Virus record (IMG/VR): IMGVR_UViG_3300045999_004337
Source of the DNA: an uncultured virus (IMG/VR IMGVR_UViG_3300045999_004337)
Lineage: Duplodnaviria; Heunggongvirae; Uroviricota; Caudoviricetes
Reading direction: 5' to 3' (one strand)
Length of the DNA: 63,371 nucleotides
Under the pieces are notes generated by a model. The model saw nothing but the letters and a program-made list of their open reading frames with translations, had not been told where the DNA came from and did not search any database. This document shows positions 20,701 through 30,254 of the stretch, in pieces. Position 1 is the first letter of the stretch; each line of letters opens with the position of its first letter. The position numbers and the translations under genes were made by a program.

Positions 20701-23030
20701 AAGTTGGTGTATGTGACCGTGAACTGGAAGGTCTTCGTCTCCTCGTAGGTGGAGAAGAAGTTCGGCTTCACAAACAGCCTGGCGAGAAGATATGCCGAAT
20801 CGCGCTGACCATTGTCGAACTGAAACCTATGCGAGATGTCGTTTCCGCTGCCGTCCTGGATGGAAACTATGCGGTGGACATCAGCCTTGTTCAGGGTGAA
20901 GTACATCTCGTAGATGCCGTTCGCGCTGTTCCTTCTGATGATGCGCTTGCTCACATTGGACTGACTGGTGGTGTTCGTGATGGTCTCGGAGGTCTGCACA
21001 AGTGTCTTTGTGCGGATCTTCGATGTGTCAACGGACACCCCCTGCAAGTTGGTAGAGACTGCCTTGACCTTTCCGACAAGCCGATAGCCGCCAGGAGGCA
21101 GTTGGCTTGTGAAGACCACGAAGTCTCCGCTACCTGATATCTTCGCCCGCGCAACGCTCTGTCCCGATGGAATCTGTGCGCTTTGACCTACGATCTTGAG
21201 GATCGTGCCTGGAGCGAGGTAGTTCGCGTTCGTCGGAGGAAGAGACGGTGATTCGGAAACGACATAGTATCCGTCCTCGGAGTCCAGAACGACATCGTTT
21301 CCATCTGGCACGAAGCCCTGTCCTATGTTCGCTGCCTCGAAGCACCAGTTGTATTCGTTGCCAAGCCCCAGTTCCACCTCTGGAAACGGGTTTGCAGCGG
21401 ACACCACGAATGTCCTGGACACATCGTGGACATACGAAACGCTGTCCACATTCGCAATCATGGTGGTCGGGGTGTTTCCGTTGAGCGGATAGACAAGGCT
21501 CTGGCTGGCGAAGTCATGGAACTTGGGAACTGCCGAGTTGGCGGCATCCCTAGTGATGTCCGAGAGCAACTTGGTCGATATCCGCGTGACTGGATCGATC
21601 ATGTAGAGGTTGATCGGCAGACCCACCGTGGTTCCGAACTTGATGTTCTCCACCGAAGACAGGTATGCGCGGAACTGCATCGTCGCGCCTTGGGTGCTGT
21701 TCACGGTGGGATCGTCGGTGTCGAGCCTGTGGAGTATTCCGCTGAACAGGGTGTTGGCATACCCGTTCGCAAGGAACTCCTGTGCGGTGAGAGGTTGGGT
21801 TGCCCCGTAGACCTCGACCGACAGGCTTCTCTCGCCCCTCAACTGGCTTGGAAGGGAGAAGAGCGGAGCGATGTTCGTTCCCGATGCAACGGGGTTGTAC
21901 TTGCCAAGGATGTAGTTGCCGAAGTAGTTCGACACGCCCATGTACTGATACTCGGTGATCGTCCTTGCCTTTGGAACCTCTATCTGCTCCTTGAAGCGGG
22001 ACTCGTATTCGTGTCCGAAGACATATGCCTTGCCCGAACCGATCTCAGCAACCACTGAAGAGGCATCCGTGGAGTCCTTGAAGGTTATGTCGAACGGCTT
22101 TACGACATAGTTTCCCTTCTCGTCGTATGTCCTCTGAGCGAACAGGTTCATCAAGTCGGAATACTGCGTCTGGTCGAACTTCCGCACGACGGTTCCGTTC
22201 TGATACCTGACCAGTTCGACGAAGTCCTTCTCGGAGTCGGTCTCGACGAAAGACAAGACCATGTCCACCTTATATCGGTGAGCGCCGGGTGCGTTGTAGT
22301 TGTATGATCCGCTGGCGGGATCCTTGAGGGTGTAGTCGTCCTTCTCGGTGACTATCATGGATACGACCCTGAATCCCATCGATCCCGATGGAGCGGTGAA
22401 TGTCCTCACCCCATCGACCACCGTGTAGGCTGGTTCGATCTGATCGCTTGTCCTTACGAAGAACCCGTTAGCATAGTAGATGCCTTCGCCCGTAGCCACG
22501 ACACGGCATCTGCCCTTGTATGGAAGCGTCTGCGAGTCTGGGGCTGTGGTGACATTGAAGAACTTGTCTGGATTGTCCGACTCAAGCGAGGTCGATGCGG
22601 AGAACTCGGTTCCCGACATGTAACTGATGACTGCAACTACGAAGTTGTCGTCGTCTCCCGCCGGAGGCAGGAAGTCGAGAACCTTGGCTTTCGACACGAC
22701 ATTGCCCGAACCATCGCGCTGTATGAGGTTGAAGCCGACGATGTCCTGCTCCGCTAGGTTGAACAGAGGGACAGACGAAGACTGAGGAAGAAGCCTGACG
22801 AAGTTGAGGGTCTGCGTTGAGATGTTTCCGCCGATGATGCGGCTTCCGTCCCTGAAGATGTTGTTGCCGAACCGCTCGATCTGGTTCTGAAGGATGGTCT
22901 GCAACTGCGTCAGTTCGCGGGTCTGAACCGCGTAGCCTGGACGGAACAGCATCCTGAGGAACTTCTTGTCCTCCTCGTAGTCATCGTAGTAGGGGCGAAC
23001 ATTGAACAGGCTCGGATCGTAAGAGGGCAT
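17697..23030 (-). CDS. Large virion structural protein (VrlC/DUF4815-like)
   Basis: FNVRPYYDDY, LFRPGYAVQTRELTQLQ, NAPGAHRYK, RTYDEKGNY, YLPRIDK, DPLAQTF motifs. Confidence 0.9.
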   Translation of the reverse strand: MPSYDPSLFNVRPYYDDYEEDKKFLRMLFRPGYAVQTRELTQLQTILQNQIERFGNNIFRDGSRIIGGNISTQTLNFVRLLPQSSSVPLFNLAEQDIVGFNLIQRDGSGNVVSKAKVLDFLPPAGDDDNFVVAVISYMSGTEFSASTSLESDNPDKFFNVTTAPDSQTLPYKGRCRVVATGEGIYYANGFFVRTSDQIEPAYTVVDGVRTFTAPSGSMGFRVVSMIVTEKDDYTLKDPASGSYNYNAPGAHRYKVDMVLSFVETDSEKDFVELVRYQNGTVVRKFDQTQYSDLMNLFAQRTYDEKGNYVVKPFDITFKDSTDASSVVAEIGSGKAYVFGHEYESRFKEQIEVPKARTITEYQYMGVSNYFGNYILGKYNPVASGTNIAPLFSLPSQLRGERSLSVEVYGATQPLTAQEFLANGYANTLFSGILHRLDTDDPTVNSTQGATMQFRAYLSSVENIKFGTTVGLPINLYMIDPVTRISTKLLSDITRDAANSAVPKFHDFASQSLVYPLNGNTPTTMIANVDSVSYVHDVSRTFVVSAANPFPEVELGLGNEYNWCFEAANIGQGFVPDGNDVVLDSEDGYYVVSESPSLPPTNANYLAPGTILKIVGQSAQIPSGQSVARAKISGSGDFVVFTSQLPPGGYRLVGKVKAVSTNLQGVSVDTSKIRTKTLVQTSETITNTTSQSNVSKRIIRRNSANGIYEMYFTLNKADVHRIVSIQDGSGNDISHRFQFDNGQRDSAYLLARLFVKPNFFSTYEETKTFQFTVTYTNFDHSGYGPFVRDSYLGLSYDQIPVYTDPHTGNSVHLANAVDYRPIAKIIGFYSGNTLGSSGSSVPNQYNRPLINYSNGFAPIQSSIASDHDAYLPRIDKIVVSRNIAADGEVTTLQRVGGIASDSPVVPEDTSDSMTLFVLSVPAYTFNPTDIKAESIGNDRFTMKDIGTMSRRIDELEQHAVLTDVELSVVSKDIVKTNGQDAIKRAVLVDTFVGHSVADVVSDDHRCSIDVERGELRPSFDSHAYDFIAPSAQGITLTKDNILCEVFTRNTDPVVTQSKASKAVRVNPFGLPNWVGSMKVYPHADFWYDKSRRPVVRVNDGGVNDAWLVGTMNSYSGHGSQWNDWESLWTGLSVELTDAESERNAYFFSRSRMAKQSNSAENKWFDNDAVSRKVDDTASSRGIYRTDFRRKGYYNEVATDTLVNKSVVPFVRDNTVKFDVVNLKPGTQVHVFMDNVNMNAYCTMNGASGPFMTNAVDGSLMSVNMNIPAGLFTVGEKIIRVVDDASNDIENATTIAEASFQCSGIRESKNLSVVAIRDPEIRKQTPNSNKVVSTPLYRKKNLNTVRYNQWIDPLAQTFEVNEDLYPNGFFAESVDIHIATADAELPITVELCPVINGLPHTSVILPFSTVTKKPSELTVDEASPAATNFKFSTPVFLAPGEYAILISTNSQNYTVFVANIGETDIETDERISSTFQKGALFRSQNDSEVSGDSNTDLMFSLYRCNFQRADPFNLQVGITGDGINEVSIVQPNIFMFAPSDISISNEITLGSSTYRMVNGRSIPLKNSFDFDTTATAFVEFTIGKTDESIGTFMIDMDRSNLIAVEYIVNSVGSETTVEQAAVSGQPSRNPKNRPRRGVSHSTAVAQQDVSSVEGDDTARYITKYSTIPGDLKGTELKVFLSANIPPNSFIRVFAKTIDSSKVNRELGDTGYQLMTLDSTGEFFAGGQFKNSTNPYDFREASYTLVPSNPFNVFLVKVCMYSNDKTRVPVVKNLRVVAVQ

Positions 23031-23041
23031 CTACATTGCTC

Positions 23042-25342
23042 CTAGAAACCTATGACAATCTTGAACTCTTCCGATTGTTCCTGATTTCTCTGTATTGGTC
23101 GGATATTCTCTATGTATAGCAACTCACCCGAACCCACTGAGATGTCCGGAAGCGTTATTCCCGCGATGGTGACGGTCATCTGCTGTGCGGCAGTCAGTCC
23201 GTATTCGGTGAAGGACAGCGAATCTGTGGTGTTGAACTTGCCCCTGACATTGTTCACACGGAGTATTCCGGTGAGACCGCTTCCCCCTTGGACGGTGAAG
23301 TCAAGTATGTCAGCGTCCGTGCGGACGAGCGTCTTGGGATCGGTCTGCGAGAGGGTTCCATCCACGGCGGGAACTCCGAAGAGGACACCATCCGTGAACG
23401 GCGTTCCAGAAACTACTGTTATCTTGGTGGTCAGGTCGTATCGACCGATGTCCTCGGCTATTGAAGGTCTGAACGAAGTGGAAGCGATGCGACCGAACAC
23501 CTCGTCCCCGCCGAAAGTCATGAAGGAACTTCCTCCAGTGCTTCCGATTGTGAGTTGACCGATGGACTCTCCATACTCTTGATCGACATCCAGTATGGCT
23601 GCTGACTCCATGGTGTAGCCAGCGGTCCCGAAAGAGATTAGCCTGTCCTTGGTGAATGCTCCCTGTAGGGTGTCTATGACCACGCTTCGGTCGTAGAGGT
23701 CGTATGAGAATATCGTTCCATACGCGGAAAGGGTCTGTCCTACCACGGATGAATACTGCCTTGCGATGTCGCCAGTGGCAAATGGAGCGGAATAAGTGGC
23801 TCCGTAGTAGACCCTCACCTTGCTGGACGAGTCATCGGAGAACCTGAAGTCTCCCTCGATGTCCTTGAGATATAGACGAAGCATGCTGCTTCTGCTTGGA
23901 ACGAACCTGTCGCTGTCCACTATCCGTGCCGTGGCACGGCTTTCCTTGCCGAATATGAACATTCCGGGAACGAATGTGTTCAGCGAATACTTGTCGGTCT
24001 TGGTCGGCTGCTTCTTGACCAGAACCTCCAGTATCCTCTGCTCTTCCTGACCCGCAAGGGTCTCGCCTCCCCGAAGAAGGGGACTCTTGAGGATTCCGAA
24101 CTGCCTGTAGTCGTTCCTGTGGCTTATCTTGCCGTCTTCTGTTCCATCGACCTCAACTACCATCATCAGGCTGGCGGGCTTGAGTTCGCGGATTGCGTTG
24201 TATCCATGACCCTTCGGCGTGGACAGGCTTGCCGAAATGGTGTTGTTCAGGGTTGCAACTGCCGTTCCAATGCTCGGTCCAGAGGCTCCCGTGACCACCC
24301 TTGGTCTGGCATATGTGTAGTTCCTGCCTGGGTTCAGGATGGTCAGGTTGTCGATCTTCCTGTCGGAGTCGGTGACGGGTGCTACGACTGCACCAGTTCC
24401 ATCTCCATCGACGACCATGTATGGGACTATCCTGTATTGGCTCAGGGTGGAGACTGGTCTGTCGAGCGGTGGGTGGATCTCCGCATAGTGGTAGGAGACT
24501 CCGCTTCCCGTCTTGGCAAAGTTCACTATCCTGAGATACTGACCGATGCCAGGACCATCGGTGACGCGGATGGCATAGTCGTTCCAGTATCCGTTTGCGG
24601 GATTGATCGCCTCGTCGCCTATGTTTATGGTGACTATCGTCGAACCAGCCTGATTGGCGGTCACACCAAGGTCGGGAACCGTGTTGAAGGAGGTGAAGAA
24701 TCGGCTGTAGCGGAAAGACTTGTCGAATGTCGGTCCCGCCGTCTTGGTGAAGGAAACGGTGTCTATGCTTCCAGGAACCGCGCTGTCCTGCACCGCCCTC
24801 TGCTCAAGGTTCTCGTCTCCCGCAAGGAAGACCGGAATGTAATCGAGCGTGATGTGTCCAAGATAGTCCTCAGGAACGGTGTAGATGTATTTCCAAGAGT
24901 AGCCATCGGACAGGCTGAATACCTGAGTGGATCTGCCTGTAGGCATGATGGTCGATGCGTTTCCGGTGGACTTCATGCACTTGTAGACATCGTTTTCGGA
25001 AGTGAAGACATACCATTCCTTGTCCGCAAGGTCTGTGGTCTCCGAATAAGCCGCGTAGGTGGTTCCTGGCGTCCAGTCTATGCGCGGAACGATCAGTTTC
25101 GTGTTCTCGGGGAAAATCCTCTTGATGAAGATGCCGTTGCGAATGGAGTCGTATGTGTTCCTGCCGACCTCTCCGAACGACGGTGGTCTCGTGTCGCTTT
25201 CGACAGCCGTGGTCGATGGGTTGTCCTCGTAGGGGAGAGAACGACCCACGAACAGGTAGTAGTTGCTGCTTCCCGAGAGAAAATCGCGGATGATCTCCAC
25301 GATGTCGGTTTTGAAGAGTGACTTGAGGGCGGTGTTTGCCAT
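23042..25342 (-). CDS. gp8: Baseplate wedge subunit
   Basis: YYLFVGRSLP, VPRIDW, VYKC, DGYSWKYIY, C-terminal SGELLYIENIRPI.R...EEFKIVIGF. Confidence 0.9.
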   Translation of the reverse strand: MANTALKSLFKTDIVEIIRDFLSGSSNYYLFVGRSLPYEDNPSTTAVESDTRPPSFGEVGRNTYDSIRNGIFIKRIFPENTKLIVPRIDWTPGTTYAAYSETTDLADKEWYVFTSENDVYKCMKSTGNASTIMPTGRSTQVFSLSDGYSWKYIYTVPEDYLGHITLDYIPVFLAGDENLEQRAVQDSAVPGSIDTVSFTKTAGPTFDKSFRYSRFFTSFNTVPDLGVTANQAGSTIVTINIGDEAINPANGYWNDYAIRVTDGPGIGQYLRIVNFAKTGSGVSYHYAEIHPPLDRPVSTLSQYRIVPYMVVDGDGTGAVVAPVTDSDRKIDNLTILNPGRNYTYARPRVVTGASGPSIGTAVATLNNTISASLSTPKGHGYNAIRELKPASLMMVVEVDGTEDGKISHRNDYRQFGILKSPLLRGGETLAGQEEQRILEVLVKKQPTKTDKYSLNTFVPGMFIFGKESRATARIVDSDRFVPSRSSMLRLYLKDIEGDFRFSDDSSSKVRVYYGATYSAPFATGDIARQYSSVVGQTLSAYGTIFSYDLYDRSVVIDTLQGAFTKDRLISFGTAGYTMESAAILDVDQEYGESIGQLTIGSTGGSSFMTFGGDEVFGRIASTSFRPSIAEDIGRYDLTTKITVVSGTPFTDGVLFGVPAVDGTLSQTDPKTLVRTDADILDFTVQGGSGLTGILRVNNVRGKFNTTDSLSFTEYGLTAAQQMTVTIAGITLPDISVGSGELLYIENIRPIQRNQEQSEEFKIVIGF

Positions 25343-25343
25343 G

Positions 25344-27350
25344 TTAGAAGTTCGGTGATGTCAGTCGAGGGCTTTCTATCAGTCCGTATTCGTTGCCGTC
25401 CCCCGTGGTTCCGACATACGATGTGTTCTGCGGGCTTGAATGGAAGTGATAGCCAAGAGGCATTCTGAAGAATGGGTTGAGTGCCATAGCCCCGAAGGAT
25501 GCTCCAGCACCAGTTGATCCGTTCCAGACTCCCGTCAGACCACGGATTCCCCAGATGTTGGGGTGATGGTGTATCCGCCAGTAGTCGTAACTGAACCCCT
25601 GTGCTTCTATGTAGCCCTCGACACCGAGGCTGCTTCCAAGTGGTCTGCCCTGCGTGTCGTGGGTGAACCCACCTGTCTCGGGGACGATTCCTACTCCTGC
25701 TCTGACAAGGCTCACCGTTGCTGTAAAGCCTGAAGTTGCTGTGAACATCCTGATCGTCTTTCCCTCAACGAAGGAGGATGTGGCTCCAAACAATGCGGTC
25801 AATCCCGCTCCATTCAGGCTGATCCCCCTGAGAAGGAGGATTCCATAGGTTCCTCCATCGTTTAGACTTCTGAACTCAAAGACACCTGCGGTTATGCCGT
25901 TTCCGGAAGCACCGGTAGCAAATACGCTTGTGAAAGTCAGTCCCCCAAAGGTAAACCCGATTGGCTGCACAAAGAGTTTTCCACCCGTGCTTCCGTAGTT
26001 CTGCACATTGTTGTATACCGTGGCTCGTGGATTGAAGCCGTTTGGATAGACTCCGTATAGGTCGGCGGTGGTTCCCATCCTGTAAGGTGTGTAGTGACCG
26101 ATGTACGGGAGTTCGTACCTCTGCATCTCGGAATGGAACGGAAGGCTGTCGATCACGCCGCGATCAACCAGTATGTCTCCGAACATCTTGAACCCGGCGG
26201 GATGGACAAGCCGCTTGTACATCTCCTTGTACATGTCGAACGATATCTCGCTCTTCAGCACATACGAGAAGTCCTGATAGAAGTCTCCGTCGAAAAGACG
26301 CTTGGTGGAACTGAGTTTCCCATCGTTGTTTGAGTAGTATCCCCTGTACTGGCTCAAGGCTGAGACCACGACTGCAAACCTCGCGTTTCCGTCGCCGGTG
26401 TTGGAAACCACGAATGCGTCCACATCGTCGGAGTATCCTATTCCGGAGTCTATCACGGAAACCGATAGTATCCGTCCGTCCTTGTCGGTTAGTTCTATGG
26501 CAACGGAAGCACCGAATCCCTCAATCGCTCCAGTGAGACCCAACCTGTCGGCTTGTTCGTATCCCGATCCTCCGTTCAGCACATCCACGCGGCTGATGAC
26601 AGGAACGACTCGCTCTTCCAGCGAACCAGAGGGAAGATCGCACCTGATGGGAAGATTGGCTACGAAATCACCGAAAGGCTGTCCGATGAATATCTCCGTG
26701 ACCTTCCAGTGCCGCATGTCGTACTGAAACACGCGGGTGACCTGAGCGGATGCCACCACCTGTCCCGTGGCAGGATCGTACTGATATACCCGATTGCCCT
26801 CCATCAGGTAGTTCGCGGTTCCACCCGAACTGGTGGTCTTGAGAGACAGACGCTCTATCCACTTCCCGTCCGATCCCCTGAGTATGTCCTTTCCAGGATA
26901 GGCTACCTGGGACGAGACATTGTAGATGAGCCTGAACAGGAACCTGAACGACTTCTCCGTTCCCTTGGATCCATAGAAGTTCCTTGCGTTCTTGAGGAAG
27001 TTGGCTTCGCTGACCACCCGTCCGTTCTCGTCGGTTGCCAGTTGATATGGGAATCCGCGCAGATACATTTCGCGGAAGTCGGCAAAAAACAGACCGATGG
27101 TACGGTCGATGTCCGTGCTCTCCGTAAACGAGTCGATGATTCCGAACGCATTCTGATACTGCTCAAGCCACTCGTAGTAAGCCTCGAGGAACAGCCTGAA
27201 TGTGACATGGTCTCTGTTGACGAAGTCGGGAACCTGATCCACGACCAGGTTGCTGGGACCAAACCTCTTGATGGTAAGTGCTGGCGGCTCCCTCAGCAGA
27301 ACCTGAGGTGCTGGAGCGGGACCAGTGGAGCCGAACAGGATCGGAAGCAT
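25344..27350 (-). CDS. gp7: Baseplate wedge initiator
   Basis: FLEAYYEWLE, FYGSKGTEKSFRFLFR, FYQDFSYVLKS, LVHPAGFKMFG. Confidence 0.88.
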   Translation of the reverse strand: MLPILFGSTGPAPAPQVLLREPPALTIKRFGPSNLVVDQVPDFVNRDHVTFRLFLEAYYEWLEQYQNAFGIIDSFTESTDIDRTIGLFFADFREMYLRGFPYQLATDENGRVVSEANFLKNARNFYGSKGTEKSFRFLFRLIYNVSSQVAYPGKDILRGSDGKWIERLSLKTTSSGGTANYLMEGNRVYQYDPATGQVVASAQVTRVFQYDMRHWKVTEIFIGQPFGDFVANLPIRCDLPSGSLEERVVPVISRVDVLNGGSGYEQADRLGLTGAIEGFGASVAIELTDKDGRILSVSVIDSGIGYSDDVDAFVVSNTGDGNARFAVVVSALSQYRGYYSNNDGKLSSTKRLFDGDFYQDFSYVLKSEISFDMYKEMYKRLVHPAGFKMFGDILVDRGVIDSLPFHSEMQRYELPYIGHYTPYRMGTTADLYGVYPNGFNPRATVYNNVQNYGSTGGKLFVQPIGFTFGGLTFTSVFATGASGNGITAGVFEFRSLNDGGTYGILLLRGISLNGAGLTALFGATSSFVEGKTIRMFTATSGFTATVSLVRAGVGIVPETGGFTHDTQGRPLGSSLGVEGYIEAQGFSYDYWRIHHHPNIWGIRGLTGVWNGSTGAGASFGAMALNPFFRMPLGYHFHSSPQNTSYVGTTGDGNEYGLIESPRLTSPNF

Positions 27351-29164
27351 CAGGCTCTCCTGGAGGACGAGTCGGTGAGTCTGACAACCAGACCGCCGTC
27401 AAGGCTTGGGTCGATGAAGAGAACCTGGTTTCGCTTGGGGACTATGTCCTTGGTCTGGTCGGGAACGGCATTGATTTGGATGAACGGCTTCGTTCCTGTT
27501 CCAGTGGGGGCAAATCCAGTCAGGGACATCTTTCCCGTGGCGTAGTCGATCTTGCCGATCCTGTCGTTGATCACCTTGACGGTGGAACCCTTCACGGAGT
27601 TCAGGACTATGTTTCCAGAACCATTGTCGCTGAGATAGCAGTCCACCACGACATTCTGCGAGTTCCTGTGCTTGAACAGCGAGGACGAGATGACAGAGAC
27701 GCATGTTCCCTGGCTTCTCTGCAACTCCGCTCCGAAGTCAAGGTCATAGTTGGACAGACCGAATGTGGGAATGAATCTCTTGGCTAGGCGAGTGCTGATT
27801 CGGTTGCTGACCATGGCGTTGTTGGATAGGTCGATCAGCCTCGATATGGTCGAGTATCGGAAAGATCCGCCGAAGGAGTAGAGGTTTTGCGCGGAGTAGA
27901 GGACCGCAGCGAGTTCTATGGAACGCTTGACTTCGGATTCGCTGGTGAGTGTTCGGGAAGAATCGTATGTCGCGGAGCAGTCGAAGAGGATGTATGTGTA
28001 GTCAACATCGACCACCTCAGCCGTCACTGCCACAATCTTCCGTTGGTCGAGTATGGTGTTCAGTATCGTCTTCTTGTCCAGTTCTCCGATGAACTGCGAG
28101 TTCTTGGGTATGACCGAGATGAAGACCTTTCCATATTGAGGTGGGTCGCTCTCCTCCCCGCCCCATACCTTCACCTGAAGGGCGTTGTTGTATTCCTTCA
28201 GCACTATGGACTCGTAGTCCATTGCCGTGACCGCACGATCCTGCGACTGATAGTATCTCGGGGCTGTATACCTGATTCGCTCGGTGTCGTCCTTCACGCC
28301 TCCGAGGGTGGACGCAGACACCGTGGTGACGGTCGCTCCGAACTGGTTTCCGCCAAGCCCGCCGAAAAGGAACTCCGAGATGTTGTTGCCCTGCGGACCC
28401 TGCGTCTTCATGAAGATGGCTACGATGTACGAACCCTTCTCTGGTTCAGCCCCAAGTATTCCGTCTCCGAACGAGATTTCCGTGTTGCCCTTGTAGTTCT
28501 CGTTGACGAAGAACACCTTTGATGTTGGGTCTAGGGAGACGAAGTCCCCGTCTCGCTTCCACGAAAGGTCTGCGTTAGACAGATCGGTCGGAGAACGCAT
28601 GACATACAGCCGGATCGTTGATCGGTCGATGTTGTCGAAGGGAAGTTCCATCTTCCTCGAGTTGCTGTCGGGATCGTAGACGATGGAGACGGAGTCGAAT
28701 GCCCCCTGGTGTATCTCGACATTCTCGCACTTGTGGGGAGTGCTCGTCTTGTCTATGTCGTATGACTTCAGGGTCACGAAGGAATACTGGATCCCGTCCT
28801 TGGTGGAAGTGAACCTAGTTCCCACCGGAATGGTGTTGTAGCCCACCACATTCTCGCTGAACGACAAGTTGACCACGGCACGGGCTGCGGTGTCGGATGT
28901 AGGGACATACCCCAGGTTCTTGGCAAGAGAGACTACCGATCTTCGCAGAACAGCCGAATCGATGAACGACTCTGCGGCAAGCATGTTCGCATACATTGCC
29001 ATGTAGTGGGTGTTGTATGCCAGAACATCCAGAAGGATGTTCATTCCCGATCCCTCGAAGTCGTAGTCGGTGAACTCTGGGGTTCCGCTCAGATAGTTCC
29101 TGAGGTTGGTCTTGATTCCCTCGAAGTCTATGTCGGTGATGGGTGAAAGTGCCCGGTTAGGCAT
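27350..29164 (-). CDS. gp6: Baseplate wedge subunit
   Basis: FTDYDFEGS, LAYNTHY, SQDRAVTAMDY, WGGEESDPPQYGKVFI. Confidence 0.95.
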   Translation of the reverse strand: MPNRALSPITDIDFEGIKTNLRNYLSGTPEFTDYDFEGSGMNILLDVLAYNTHYMAMYANMLAAESFIDSAVLRRSVVSLAKNLGYVPTSDTAARAVVNLSFSENVVGYNTIPVGTRFTSTKDGIQYSFVTLKSYDIDKTSTPHKCENVEIHQGAFDSVSIVYDPDSNSRKMELPFDNIDRSTIRLYVMRSPTDLSNADLSWKRDGDFVSLDPTSKVFFVNENYKGNTEISFGDGILGAEPEKGSYIVAIFMKTQGPQGNNISEFLFGGLGGNQFGATVTTVSASTLGGVKDDTERIRYTAPRYYQSQDRAVTAMDYESIVLKEYNNALQVKVWGGEESDPPQYGKVFISVIPKNSQFIGELDKKTILNTILDQRKIVAVTAEVVDVDYTYILFDCSATYDSSRTLTSESEVKRSIELAAVLYSAQNLYSFGGSFRYSTISRLIDLSNNAMVSNRISTRLAKRFIPTFGLSNYDLDFGAELQRSQGTCVSVISSSLFKHRNSQNVVVDCYLSDNGSGNIVLNSVKGSTVKVINDRIGKIDYATGKMSLTGFAPTGTGTKPFIQINAVPDQTKDIVPKRNQVLFIDPSLDGGLVVRLTDSSSRRA

Positions 29165-29562
29165 CAGATGTTCCTCTCTATGGCGATGGTGAGGGTGGAT
29201 ACCTCGCGGCTGTTCATGAGCATGAACGAGATGGTCACATCAAACAGGTTGTATTCCTCGTTGAAGATGACCCGCACATCGTTTACCTTTGCCCTTGGCT
29301 CGTACCTGTTCAGTATGTCCATGATGTTGGATCGGATAGCCATGGCAGTCAGCGGTGTCGCTGGCTCGAAAAGCATTCGACTAACCCTGGAGTCGATCTG
29401 CGGGTTGAACGGCTTGTCGTATCTGTTCATCAGTACAAGGTTCCTGACGGATCGCTTGACTGCCTCCGCATCCTTCTTCAACGAGACATCCTTCGTCACG
29501 GGATTAGCCGCGAAGTCCAGATCCAGGTCAACGAAGAGGTTCTTCCTAACAATGCTTTTCAT
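29164..29562 (-). CDS. gp25: Baseplate wedge subunit
   Basis: DLDLDF..NPVTKD, AVKRSVRNLV, YEPRAKV. Confidence 0.93.
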   Translation of the reverse strand: MKSIVRKNLFVDLDLDFAANPVTKDVSLKKDAEAVKRSVRNLVLMNRYDKPFNPQIDSRVSRMLFEPATPLTAMAIRSNIMDILNRYEPRAKVNDVRVIFNEEYNLFDVTISFMLMNSREVSTLTIAIERNI

Positions 29563-30182
29563 CTGTAGTCTTCTGCCGTGCTCAACAAGAACGCTATCTG
29601 ATCCCGCGCATCGTCGATTTCATCCTGAAACTTGGACTCGTCCAGATTGTCCAATCTACCCAAATCGCACCATTCGATCATTATGTATCCGTGAATCGCG
29701 AGGCTGTGCTTGCATTGCACGGGCAGGATAGAATACGCCAGCGTGTCGTGAACCTCGAGGAACCGCTTGCTGTTCGACTCATCGTCCTCAGACACCATCC
29801 TGATGTCAGAATCGTTCTCCTGTAGCAATTCTATGAGTTCCACGAACCTGCTTACAAGAGAGTCCTGCCTGAACTGCATGGTGGACGATGCCTTCTGGTC
29901 GCAGGACTGATGTGTGATGGACATCCTGCGCATGGAGGATCCATCGACATACTTTCCTCCGTTGTGGAACTGAGCAAGGGTTGCCCTGCAAGCGTTGGAG
30001 CGGATGCGCAACTCGGTGAGGACTTCCCAGATCCGCATGTTCACTTGGGTGAAAGCCTTCTCCGATTTCTTGGCTTTCTTACCTTTGATGAATCTAAGAA
30101 CTTCCTTGAGACCGAAGTAGCCGCCAGCGATCATCGCGGCGACTCCTGCTCCTATCTTGAACCATAGATCGATGTCTTCCAT
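29559..30182 (-). CDS. Single-pass membrane protein with GAF-like domain (holin T-like candidate)
   Basis: N-terminal TM segment, basic stretch, then a soluble domain with QFHNGG; same architecture and size class as T4 holin T. Confidence 0.55.
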   Translation of the reverse strand: MEDIDLWFKIGAGVAAMIAGGYFGLKEVLRFIKGKKAKKSEKAFTQVNMRIWEVLTELRIRSNACRATLAQFHNGGKYVDGSSMRRMSITHQSCDQKASSTMQFRQDSLVSRFVELIELLQENDSDIRMVSEDDESNSKRFLEVHDTLAYSILPVQCKHSLAIHGYIMIEWCDLGRLDNLDESKFQDEIDDARDQIAFLLSTAEDYR

Positions 30183-30254
30183 GTCTTTGCCTTTCCTTTC
30201 TCGTCTGAAAGCATAATACTTAGGTTTTCAGCAAGATCTTGATAATGACAAAGG

